Assembly: GCA_004022145.1 (NCBI GenBank)
Contig: RCNU01000001.1
DNA from: Paecilomyces variotii
Lineage: Eukaryota
Length of the DNA: 64,000 bases
Direction: 5' to 3' (one strand)
Below are positions 37,968 through 50,147 of this stretch, one piece after another. The notes under the pieces were generated by a model that ran no database searches, was not told where the DNA came from, and worked only from the letters and a program-made list of their open reading frames with translations. Every line of letters begins with the position of its first letter. The stretch's first letter is position 1. The position numbers and the translations under genes are program-made.

Positions 37968-39137
37968 CTTTTTTTCTTTCCTTTTCCTTTTGGGGGCCTG
38001 GGTTGGTTTATTTTGATTAATTATATACAGGTGTTGGTGACATAGTATAGATAGATTTCTTTCTCATTTGCTTTTTTAATATTAATGGTACTGATGGACA
38101 GGGTTATGTTGATATATCCTTCTCTCTTTCTTGAAAGGGTAATATAGTTACCACATGATACAAGAAACCACATGTGTGTGCCATTGCTATTTCCAGAATT
38201 ACTAACTGTCGTAATTTGCATCCTTACAACTCAACTTCATTGCAGCCACGGGTGGCGGGCCGTTAACGGACCGCTACCCGGCATTTATTACACTCAGGAC
38301 TCACGTGCAAATGATACCGAGGTAAGATTTAAGGAGACAAGTTTCGGCTGTAGATCAATAATAATAATATCTCATCTCAGTCACAAGCTATAGTATGCAG
38401 TAATAGCACCTAAGTAGCATTATTAGATACACGACTTTTTATCTGGAAGGGTTGGAAATGACGAATCAAAAGAGTTTGGCTTCTAAATAAAGTAAACATA
38501 ATAATATGCAAGGGTACGTGCGTAATTCGTGCCGAAAAAGGAATCATTATATTCGGCGTTGCTAGTGTCATTCGTCATAAATCGACGCTGGTTCGTTCCA
38601 AGCCTTTTTCGTGTCTCAAAAGCCCACCATCCCATCTCTATACGAAAAAACAGAACAAAAACGCCCAATGATCAACACGCCAGCGCAGTTGGAACGTTCG
38701 GAATTATGGAATAAAAGGCTAGGGACGTCATTCAATATTTTCAGCCGTTGAAACGCCGGGGTGCAAGAGCCGAGAGGATCCGAGAACAAATCACCGACAG
38801 AGCAAAGCCACAAAATATAACCTTGCAGTACGAATCACTGCAGTCTAGACACCAAAGAATATGGGGCTGCGGGAGCAAACCGCGCGTTTCTTTGGGAAAA
38901 AAAGGACAAGAAACTACCCCCGAAGGGTTCAAACTCCATGTGCGCCGGATGCCTCTTCCAAGAGGCCATGCACGAAACTGCTTTCTTCTTTTCCACACAG
39001 TAAGGTCATTCACCGGATTGGCACAGCTTAACGATACCTAAGCATGGTTCAGACGTCAAGCGGCGCGAGTATGAGTAAATAAAGGGAACGTCGGACATCG
39101 GCGATCTCAACGCAGAGCTATTACGGCTATGGTGTCA

Positions 39138-41202
39138 TCAGCCTCGAGCTCGAGCTTGAACCATTCGTACTCTGCGCTCCTCCTCTTCCGAGGCACCATG
39201 ACTCGAACTGCGGCTGTGGAAGAAAGAGGAACGGTGATACGCATCTGCGAATGAGAAATGCGAGTGTCCGCGACCGCCTCTCAGATGAACCTGCTGGGGA
39301 GACGACGGGGGCGGGGTGACAAGATCTCCTGCAACCGCCGATTCGTAGTCTGGAAGATCGGAGGCGTAGGGCGTTCTCACGGCCGTGCGGACCGCGGTGG
39401 AGTAGCTAGGAACACGACTGAGATTCTCAACTTCCAGGTACTGGGGGTAAGGCGTCGCCATTCCCGAGGGGATGTGATCATGGTCGACCTCATCGGACAA
39501 GCGGTGCTCCGCGCTGCCCGGACTCTGCGAGTTGGAGTGCGGTGGGTGGAGATTAAAGTAATCCGGAGGGCCGGCGGGACGGCGGTTCCCCGCATCGACT
39601 TCCGAGGTATTATCGTTGCTGCTGGCGTCAGGGGGATGACCGGTCGCGCTGGCATGAAGCCTTGTCAATCGACTGTGCAAGGCTTGCGCTGAGATGTCGG
39701 CGCTGGTCAGGGCTGTCATCGAAGCCAAGTTTTCGGTGGACAGGTTCCGGCTGAGGGTCCCGAATGGGGTGCCCGGGCCGCTCACGGCTCCAGGTGTCCG
39801 GTAGCCGCTGATGTCGAGGGAACTGTAGAGCTGATCGAACTGGTGCTCTCCGTACAGCGGAGGTGCTTGCTGGGCAAGATCGTCCACTGCGCGCTGGGCG
39901 GACTGGGGGGTCTGGTCAACGAGGTTGTTGTTCTCGTCAATCGCGAGGTTTGGAGAGATGAAGACGGATACGGGCAGAGTTGCACGTAGCTAGATGACGT
40001 GTCAGTGATGTTATTATCACTCTGATAATCTATCCCTTCTTACCTCACTAGTATGGCCATCGGGGTTGTGGAGTTGGACTCTGAACTTCAACTTGTGTCT
40101 GATCTTGATGCCCTTGGCGTCCGCATCCTGGAGACACTTGGACAAGGTCTTGGGCAGGTCCAGATAGCGAGAGAATTGATAGCCTTCGGCTTCCTCGTCG
40201 ATGATATCCAATTCGGCCCCTTCTTCCAGCTCGTAGTTGTCAGAGATGATGGTCCTTGACGTCTTATAAGTGTTCCGGATCGCGTCAGGATCCTCGGGAT
40301 TGAGCGTCAGATCATGACTCTCTATTAGCTGAGAGGTGATCTGTCCGATTTTAAGGCCTTTCAAAAGCGGTATCAACTTGAAGTCTACCCTCAATGATGT
40401 ACCAAAGATGACAGCTTTGCTGGGAGTGCTAATCGAGTATTCGATCTTGTTGGGCCACACATTCTCGACGGACTAGAGTCTGTTAGTCTATACTTGGTAA
40501 CAGGAGAAGAAAAATAAGGGAACCTGTCTTACCATCACATGAGACAGCTCGAGAGCACTGGGATCCAGCGTCCGGATAATCCTGAGCGGTTTCCTGACTA
40601 CTATGTCCTTGGCGTATTTCCGTCCGATCTCGGCCTTGAATCGGTAGGCAATCCAGGTGTCACTCAGACCCTCAATGCTCTCAGGCAAAGAGCCCTCGAG
40701 AACGACATCGAACGGAAATTCGTAGTTGTCTGCCGGAAGGATCTCAGTCTTGCCCTTGGGCGCCTCCCGGAATGTCCATGTCTTTTCGTAGAACGCGCGT
40801 TCCCTCCATGGTTTCCTAGCACCCGCGGAGCTCGAGGGAACTTGCCAACTACCAGGTTGTATGTTAGTATATCCCGTTGTCGCCATGAGCATTCGTCTTG
40901 AATACTAGGAATACTTACCAGATGCGAGACATGCCCGTCAAGTGTAGCTTCAAATGTTTAATTGTCAGAGGTTCTGTGATACAGAGGACCACTGTTCCGC
41001 AGAGATGAGCGCTGGCGGCTTCATCTTCACCCCCGCGAAAAACAATGTAGGGATCATCCAGCCTGTAGGACATTTCACGGTCAGTCGTTCCGTCGCATTC
41101 CAACCGCCATTTCCTCCTGCTCTGCGCTTTTTCAGACTTGACTTACCTGATGTCGAAGTACTTGGCATGGCTGGCACCACTGCCAAAGAAACTCAGGGCC
41201 AT
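39138..41202 (-). CDS. creD: Alpha-arrestin, HECT ubiquitin-ligase adaptor CreD (Rod1/Rog3-like); introns 41063-41146, 40849-40918, 40473-40532, 39990-40043
   Basis: MALSFFG..AKYFDIR|LD..YIVFRG..EAASA.L.G; NYEFPF..L.GSLPES.EGL; SVENVWPNKIEYSISTPSKA; HKLKFRVQLHNPDGHTSELRATLP; PY-type motifs PPLY, VPSY, LPDY. Confidence 0.92.
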
Positions 41203-44200
41203 GGCGGCGTTCTGCGGTGCTGCTAATGCGCAGCTGCCAGCAGAGAAGAAACACGGGCAACCGTGATGAAGATGATAAGAACAGTCGCGCGCGACGCAGT
41301 GGAGGGGATAATAAAGAAAGGCGCCGCGACAAAAATGCTTTCCGGTGAATGGTAGTAGATAGCAACCACAGCTTCCTGGACAGCGCCAGCTGGGTCTAGC
41401 AACGGGTCCCACTGGGGGAGTCCTTGGGTGCGCAGAAGAGCCGTTTCCGTCGTTGATTTTTTTGGCGCCAGACGGAGTGGCAAGGCGGAGCCCTTTTTAG
41501 AATGGTAAAAGACGTTCTCTCGCTGCTGATGCGCCAGCAGAGTGGGAACTAAATACGCAATAGTCGACTAGGGGGAGCCAAAAAAAACTGGAACAGGATA
41601 CTGCTGTCAGAACGAAGATGAGGCGTTGCTGTTGCAGATAACGAAGCTGGGCTTCTTATTGTGGAAGGGAGATCATTAAGGGGATGGGGCGGGGTGATCT
41701 GGAGCGACAGAAGAGCCAGGTGAGCGTGTCAGAGAAAAGAGAAGAGAAGCGACAGTCGGGTGATGCGATGCCGGATGCAGGAATCTGTCCATGAATGAAT
41801 GAATGAACGATTAAATAAATTACTCTTAACTTATGGTACTGGATGATTCCCTCATCGTGAGATGCAAGCCAGTGTGTTTAATTACGTCAAAGACCGTACC
41901 ATACCATACTTATCTTGTACCGGTTGTTACCGAGCGGTGGAGTATATCATATTAATACCCGGCAGTTACTGGGTACTAGCTAAATAATTACAGTGACAAT
42001 AATATATAGATAAAAGAGACAGACAGAATACAACAAGATGGGTCGAGTAATCGGAGCATCGTCGCCAACAGTACTGTTCGCTGGCAATGCTGTGAATTCC
42101 CAAACAACCAGCGCACCATGAGGGGCAGAAACACGGCGAAAATACTGAAGACGGAGTCCGCAGCTTTCTCCCCATGGTCCAGCCCATCCTTCACAGGATC
42201 TGATCGACCGCACCGCATCAGCCGCCCGGGCGATCTTAGGCTAGCAAGTTTCCAGTTCTCTCTCCTGACTGCTTGCTTGCTTGCTTGTTTGTCCTGGAAA
42301 TTTATCCGTACGGATAACGGCACATCCATCCGTCCATACGCACCATCAGCACATAAGTACCGGTGTGTCGACTCGGAACGATAATAGAATCAATCGAATC
42401 AATCCAAACAGGAAGAGAGAAAGAAGAGTACTCTAGAGAGCCACGGCAGCTCTCTGGGCCCTGCGTGGCATGTTCGACGCGTCGATGGAGCCCTTGGGAT
42501 CAGACCGGCAACGCCCCGCCAGAGCATGCCCACCAGCACATAATAATATTCTATCTAACCAGAGTCGACTACTCTACGATATAGGAGAAAAGGCAGACTG
42601 GGATAAGCATGGCCTGTTCCCAATCCAGCAAACTATCAGGTGGAAGAGATTTTTTTTTTTTTCTTCTGACCTCCCTGTTCCAGAGGGTGGTAAAACCCCC
42701 GTCATGCGATGCAGATACTGTTCCGCATCGCAACGCTCGCCGTGGCGAGGAAACACCTATTAACTCGCATCAGCAGGCCGTGTTCCGATGTTTGTTTGTG
42801 CCATCTGAGATTCGATCCAAAAGAGGGAAGCATATCAAAAAAAAATAATATCCCGCCATCATCCGGCGCAGACCATATCCTTCCGTCACAGATGGCATCA
42901 TTTACCCTGGTGGCCCCAGCACTGCGGAATCTTAATAGCACCCCCGAGTCTTCTAGAAAAACTACGGCTGTCAGCACGCTGATTCCTGTATCAGCCAATC
43001 GAGTTTTGACTGAGCAGTTCTCTTCCGCTTGAGCCGTGAGAAATAAATAATAAACATGGTATCCCATCCGGGAGTCAGTTACTGTAGAGTTCAGAGTCTA
43101 CAGACAGGCAGTGAGGCTTGCTTACTAGTGCCGGTGCCATCCTTACGGTACCGTACTGAAGATTATCTAGATCCGGTAGCGACATGGCTCGTCCCTGGCA
43201 TCCTTGCTGTGGTATCAACTTTCCAGTGCCATTATTCTGCAACAACAACAATATCAATATCAGGAACAACGGTGGAGTGTGTCAATCGGTGACTCAGACC
43301 GCCCTGAGGCCCCGATTCAGTTTCTCCCCTAGTATCATGGCCTTTCCTGTAACGTGCGATCTTCATGGAGAAGAAAAAAAAAGGCCAAGACCAGGACAAC
43401 AAGCTCATTTAGGCACGGAGTAGGCCGATAACTATTATTACTATTCTTATTATTCTTCTTCTTAATATTATTATTATCGGCTGCAAATTTTCCCACCAGG
43501 GCGGAGGCAATCCCGATTGAACCGACCGACATCCCGTCACATGCCGTCGGGGAACGTCGCGTTTCTCCCGAGAAGCCGCGAAAAGGTGACCCGATGCTCG
43601 CATCACTTGCCATGTAACATCTCTGCCTCTGCCTCCTTTTCTCCGCTGTCATCTCGACGAGATGCGTGGCTATGGCCAGCAGGGATGCTCTGGCCATCCC
43701 TCGAGGAGGCCAGCAGCTCAGCAGCCATCCACACGCAGCCAGTCTAGAACCCGGCTGCGATAACGCGTCGTCGGGGACGGTGATATCGACTTGTCAAATG
43801 TCAATAAAATAATCAAACCTCAAAGGCCTTATCGGCTGCGACTTGCCAGTAGTGCCCCACTGTTCTCATCCCAACAAACCTGCGAGCATTTAATTGCTAT
43901 GGTATTGGTATTTTATTATTGTTATGTATTCAGGTACCAATGTCCATCAGGCATCTCTGAGGCAAGGCGTCCGTCCACTCGTGCAGGCCCCGCGCGTGGC
44001 CAGAACGGCCGCTGTCAATCACATCATCGGGAGCCGGCACACAGCCTGTATGGTATCTATGGCTACTACTATCTACTGCTGCTGCTGCTACTGTACCATA
44101 TACTACTATCCGGAGAACTGTGGACCGTTCCGCGAGACCAGAAAACCGTCCACACCGGCAGCTGCTCTGACAGCCATTATTATTATGATTGATCAAGGCT

Positions 44201-46571
44201 GCCAAGAGTCACCAGCCTGCGTGTTTTTTTCTCCTTTGGCCTGTGCATAACGCACATGCAGCCATCCGTCTTCTGGACCGCTTCGACGACGCACATCGCG
44301 TCGTCCGGATGATTCCCGGGGAGGAGCTTACTTGGAACCTATGAAGATCCTGTGAAGATCCTGTCGCAGGAGATGAAAGAATCAATCAACGGCTCAAGGT
44401 GCTTACACCCATGGTCCGCCCACACCACCTGCAGTGCGCCGTAGTCAGTTTTCTCCTTGCATATGTCGATAGTCATAGAAGCAACGGAAAAGTCTACCGT
44501 CGCCTATATGGACCTTTTATTCCCGCTAGCTACAGACCGACCACCAAAAAGACCACCAAAACTCTCGCCGTCCTTCCAAGATAAGATTATTGTCTAGACA
44601 TGCAAGGTCCTTGCCAGAATAGAATTTGTTCCGGTCAGACCTGGTGGATCAGACGGTCTGCAATTCTCACCAATAATCGCGCCGGCATCTTGCACGGACG
44701 TTTCCTGACGCTGGATCTACGGCCTTTCCGCCCGAGGGGCCCTTCGTTTTATATAGAAACGCGGTGAGTGGATTATTATTATTGCTCGATTGACTATCTC
44801 AGATCCAGGTAGATGGCTAGCGGCAGACCCACTTGGTATATCCGAACTTTTACTCTTCAAGAAGGCAACAAAAGACACACCGGAGCACGATCTGGGAAAC
44901 GGACAGAGAGAACTTAAAAATCTCACGGGCCGGCGCTTGTCTTTCTCGGGATATTCGAGGCGTTTTTCTACTGGATAACTCCGGTGCCGCGATTATTATT
45001 ATTATTGAATCGGCCCTGTTCCCGGTTTTTATCTTTTTCTTTTATTTTATTCTCAGGGAGGTTCACCGGTGGGAAGCCAAGAAAATCCGTGCATCGGACT
45101 ACTCATGGTCTGCAGGGTCTTTTGGCTGGTAAAATGTAATAAACTTGACCCATAGTCTAACTACCATACCAGTACAGCTTGATTGTGGTAGTTGCAACCT
45201 TCGCCACCAGGATATCTTGTCTCATCATGCCTTTTCACATGCCACCTGCATACCATGAGACCTCAATAATGCCACGTGAAGCTCTGACTCTGTCACGGGC
45301 CAGTCAAGATGATAGAAACTATTGATGCTTGCAATAAAGTTATCAGGGCGTAATAAGCGTCGACGCTCTAGGAAATAGTACGCAGGAGAACCTTGCCCAT
45401 CCTGTGGGTATTCGACGAGTGACAAGGTCGGGAGATCAACCGGCCCTAATAGAGTATATTTCAACCGTTCTAGATGCAATGTGGCTGTTTGAGCATCAGT
45501 CGACATCTGAGTATTCAAAAAAATAATATCCTTCTGCAATACACATGCACAATATCGCTGTCCATCCTCAACGCACCTTGTAACCTCCATTTATGCAAGA
45601 ACAACCGTTCAGATATGAGAGTGTGTGAAAAATACTATTGTTTTATTTTTATTTACTGTTTACTATTTTGATTCTTATTCTTATTTTTATAGTCTATGAT
45701 AAAAATATGAGAATCCTCAGACAGTCGTCTTGAAAAGGGTCGAGTTGTCATCATATTATGCTAACTATATTGCGCCAAGTTGAACCGGGTACAATACAGT
45801 AGTAGGCAATGCCGTTAGAAACATAACCATAGCTCAGCGTCTTGTGGTATGTTTATATCAGCTATAGGATTAGTTTTGATACTGGGTTGTTAATTCGTGA
45901 ATGTCATTGCCAAATAGAATCCGCGTGAATATCGATATCCGGCTTGAGGCTGATCAACGGACTGAGTCGATCCCCATCCCATCGATCACGTCAACAGAGA
46001 TATTCCGAATCAAACGATATCCAGTGGCAATCAGAACATCGCCATTCGATTCAAATGATTGTACTCCAGTCTAGCCATCAGTACTTATACAGACTGTGGG
46101 AGTTTCCAACGTAACTCCCCTTGGAATGGAATCGCAACCCCAAGAGACCCGTACTGATGTAAGATACCAACTCGAATCCAGCGCAGGAACAGGTTAAGAT
46201 ATCATAGCCCGGCGAATTCCATCCCTCCATTTCGTTGGTCGAGTCCACCCTCGCGGAGGCGAATCACTTCCTCATCTCGCGACCTGGGGTCATCCTGACA
46301 TCATACGAATGAAACTCTCACGAAGCTCTAATATATAGATTTTACCCAACAAGCAAGTTCCGTTTTCTTTTCCATTTTCGAATGAAAGAAAAAAAATATC
46401 TCTTTTTCTCAGATAATCAGAAAAGGAACTCGAAATATCGAACGTTATAAATCAGTGTGACAAGTGACCTCTTTGAACGGCATACTCCGCGATCCTTGAT
46501 ATTGGCATAACCTCAACAACTATCCTGTATCATTCCAATATCTATACGCATCTTGGACCCTTTTCGCGACC

Positions 46572-46936
46572 ATGAGCAGACAAGTTACCAAGCCCCGTCG
46601 CACGGATTTTGAAATCAAGGAAGGACCGCGGATCGGTCGGTCGGATCATACTGTTCCAGAGGTTTCGCCAGGTGTATGTTACTTATTACCATCGACCTAC
46701 TCGTGATTTCATCACTGTGATCGACACGAATATACTTAGATATGCAACGAATATGGATTCAGATAACATGCTAACCGTCCGATGTGATGCAGGACGCTCC
46801 GCCGCCACACGTGCGCAACTCGAAAGAAAAGCTCCGGCAGTTCGTTCGGGCTACCAACCCTGGTCCTCAGAAGGGAGCTACCACGGGTCGCACTCCTACG
46901 GAAGAAGAAGAGCAGAATAATAGACCGGAGGAATGA
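46572..46936 (+). CDS. Hypothetical 81-aa hydrophilic protein; intron 46674-46792 (not in the ORF track)
   Basis: TATAAA at about 46446; ACCATG start; GTATGT donor; GCTAAC branch at 46770; CAG acceptor; phase-0 join. Product: MSRQVTKPRRTDFEIKEGPRIGRSDHTVPEVSPG|DAPPPHVRNSKEKLRQFVRATNPGPQKGATTGRTPTEEEEQNNRPEE. Confidence 0.65.
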
Positions 46937-47741
46937 AGGTAGGAATCATGATGGAAGAATAGGTACTGGTATGAAATCATGGGGGCGATGATAACGATGC
47001 TCTCGTGGGATATACGTTTAGGCTTCTAGCATTTTACATATGTGGTATATGTCGAAAATAAACTCTTTATTTGCTCGTTTCAGTATGTCTTTCGTGAGAT
47101 TGCACTTAACTGAAGATATGATCAGTACTTGATGATAAGTAGTTATAGGGATTCATTATTGAGTAGTTGCTCTCCAATGGAAAATGCACTGGCTTTACGA
47201 ACAGCTAGATTGTTTCTGATTGCTAATACCATATGAACAGATAGAAAACGATAGAAAATACAAATCATGTTTCCAGAAGGCATACAGTTCCGTGTGTATC
47301 TTTCTTTCATGAAGAACCACCGCCCACCAATAGATTCGCTCACTTCGGTGATCGCGGCGCCGAGATGTCCGTCTGAACTACAAATCCTTCAACGAGCGCC
47401 ACGGATGGTAGTCAATTATTCTCTGAATAATTTCGTAATAAAAAAAACACGGCCTGCAGTTCCACTTAAATTTCAAGTGGAGATTGCTCAATGGCACAAT
47501 ATGGTCAAAATATCAGTAACCATGTCGGCCCCGAGTCCGCCGCCGCAGCCTCTACAAAGAGGAACAATATTCCTCTCTCTGATCTCGGAGAGTCTGGCCA
47601 GGTTGGACTTTCTGTTTTTGAGACCGACGAAAAATCTATTATTCTACTCATTTCTATATGCAATTGATGATTCCAATGAAAAGCCTACTCTTCTGGTCAC
47701 GTTCCAATAATGATCATGCATCGACTGCCTCGACGACAACA

Positions 47742-49088
47742 ATGGCGTCTGATACACCGACACATTATGAGATGACGACTTCAGAACAGAAGCTGCCCGC
47801 GGACAAATTCCCTGAAGGGGGATATGGATGGGTCTGTGTTATTTGTACCTTTTTCGTCAATGCACATACGTGGGGTGTTAACAGTGTATGTGAAAATGGA
47901 AAATAGCATAGATTTTTTCGACCTCCTTCAAGACTGACCAAAATGCAGGCATATGGTGTCTTCCTTGCCTATTATCTCTATTCAGACGTATTTCCAGGTA
48001 CTACAGCCATAGACTATGCATTCATTGCTGGCCTCAGTATCTCTGTCGCTATGTTCATATCTCCGCTAGCTACCTATCTCTCCCATAAAGCAACCCATCG
48101 CTTCGTTCTCAATCTCGGAACCATACTTGAGACGCTATCACTCATAACAACCTCATTCGCCAAAAGAAACTGGGAACTCTTCCTTTCTCAAGGAGTCTGC
48201 TTTGGACTCGGCTTGGGGTTCTGCTATATCGGCTCCGTGGGCATTATCTCTCACTGGTTTGAAAAACGACGCAGCGTTGCAAACGGAATTGCCGCAGCAG
48301 GTTCCGGGTTCGGGGGCATGGTATACTCTCTAGCCACAAGCGCGATGATTTCCCACTTGGGGTTTCCATGGGCGATGCGCATCCTCGGCATCCTATGCTT
48401 CTCAGTGAACACTGTATGCGGGAATCTGCTCCGGGTTCGTGGGTCAGTAGCCTCTAAGCAGCCAGCGCTGCATTTTTCACTTTTCAAGAGACCGGAATAC
48501 CTTGCCTTTCTAGCCTGGGGCGCATTAAGCGCCATGGCATACATCGCGCTCTTATTCAGTCTGTCCAGCTACTCCGTAGCAATCGGACTGACACAACACC
48601 AAGGCAGCATTGCCACGGCACTGCTCAATCTAGGACAGGCTATAGGCCGCCCTGCTGTTGGGCTCCTAAGCGACAAACTGGGTCGTATCGAGGTAGCTCT
48701 CACGGCAACCTTCCTGGCAGGATTCTTGTCCCTGGTCATGTGGATCTTCGCTCAATCCATTGCAACAATCTATGCGTTTGCGATCCTGGTTGGGTTATTT
48801 TCAGGGACGATATGGGCCGCAGCACCGGCGTTGGGGGCTGAGGTAGTTGAACTTTCGGAACTCTCCAGTGCTCTCTGTTTTCTGTGGTTTATTCTAGCTC
48901 CGCCTACTTCGGTAGCGGAAGTCATAGCTTTGCAATTGAGAGGTGGAGTGGTAGGGGATAAGGAGTATCTTCGAGTTCAGCTCTTTATTGGATTTATTTA
49001 TATCGGTGCTAGTTGCTGTTTGGTTCCGTTGAAATTTGGCTTTCGGAGAAGGAAACTAGAGAGAGCGAAATCGATTCCTAGAAGTTGA
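47742..49088 (+). CDS. MFS transporter, monocarboxylate-porter-like (Mch family); intron 47886-47948
   Basis: PEGGYGWVCV..F.VNAHTWGVNS|AYGVFL, LSQGVCFGLG.G, SHWFEKRRS.ANGIAAAGSG.GG, GRP.VGLLSDKLGR; many hydrophobic segments. Confidence 0.92.
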
Positions 49089-50147
49089 GGCCTAATTAAA
49101 AATAGAAATGAGAAATAAAATAAAAAAGATCCTCCTCAGATATGGCGTATACACAAAACTTAAATGCACCATGGGCAAAATTTAGAGCCTGTGGACAAAC
49201 GTATTAGTATAGCGTGAATTAAGGGAGTTATAATATTTACAATTACCCTGTTGCAACTGCAGAAGCGATGAAAGCTTATAATATGCTTCTTGCCAGCTGA
49301 GGCTATAGATATATGTCAGAAGAGGCGTTTCCTCGCTTTCTTCTAGGAGTTCTCCTTTTTGGTCGACTGGCAGAAAGCCATCAATAGCCATTCTTGTAAT
49401 GACACCTAGCATTCTTGAGAACGTGATCGATGCGGTCATTGGCAGTGACATAACAATAGACACATTTATATACTTATCTATAATTATCTCTACAGAATAT
49501 TAGCCTCTTCAATAACTGGGAGATGATTCGTCCATTCTGGATATATGTAGGGACTGTAAAAACCTAGCCAACGCTGCTGATAAAACGCTGCAGAAGTAGC
49601 GGTAAGTTGCTCAGCATATATGCTACAGCGAGCTGGAATGATTGATTCATGATATATCTGTTGCTCCGTATCTATAGAGAGAGCTTCGCGATTCCATATG
49701 TGAAAGTAACCCAAAAAGGGCCAAGTGAGAAATGAAATGGCATTCGCGCGAATCTGCCCTAATTCATTAGAATAGGACGAAGAATCTCAGTGGCTGTGCA
49801 ATCTTACCTACCCATGAGATTCTCCTACGTAGTGTCCGATCTTATTTCCCGCATGGTTTGTTCTTGGGTAATAGTCCCTCTAATCTCCCGTAGTTCAGCC
49901 GGACCCAGTAGAAGTATCAATATTATACGGCTCTCGATAGTATCTGATGGAGAACTTTCGGGGTGCTCGGCACCGAGGTTGCCGAAAGAGCTATCTTAAC
50001 CCTATCCGCAGCAGGACCAGTATTTGATCTGTTTCATCAGGGACAATCCTGCTTGATGATAAAGTGTAATTCCCTAAGCAAACTATTCTGGGGAAGTTAT
50101 TGTCTTTTTTTTTTCCTGAGCGAGTAACCCGTTCCGATAATTCTGCC

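Noticed and set aside
41203..41412. In-frame GTG-initiated N-terminal extension of CreD
   Set aside because: UTR-like translation; recalled homologues begin at MALSFF.
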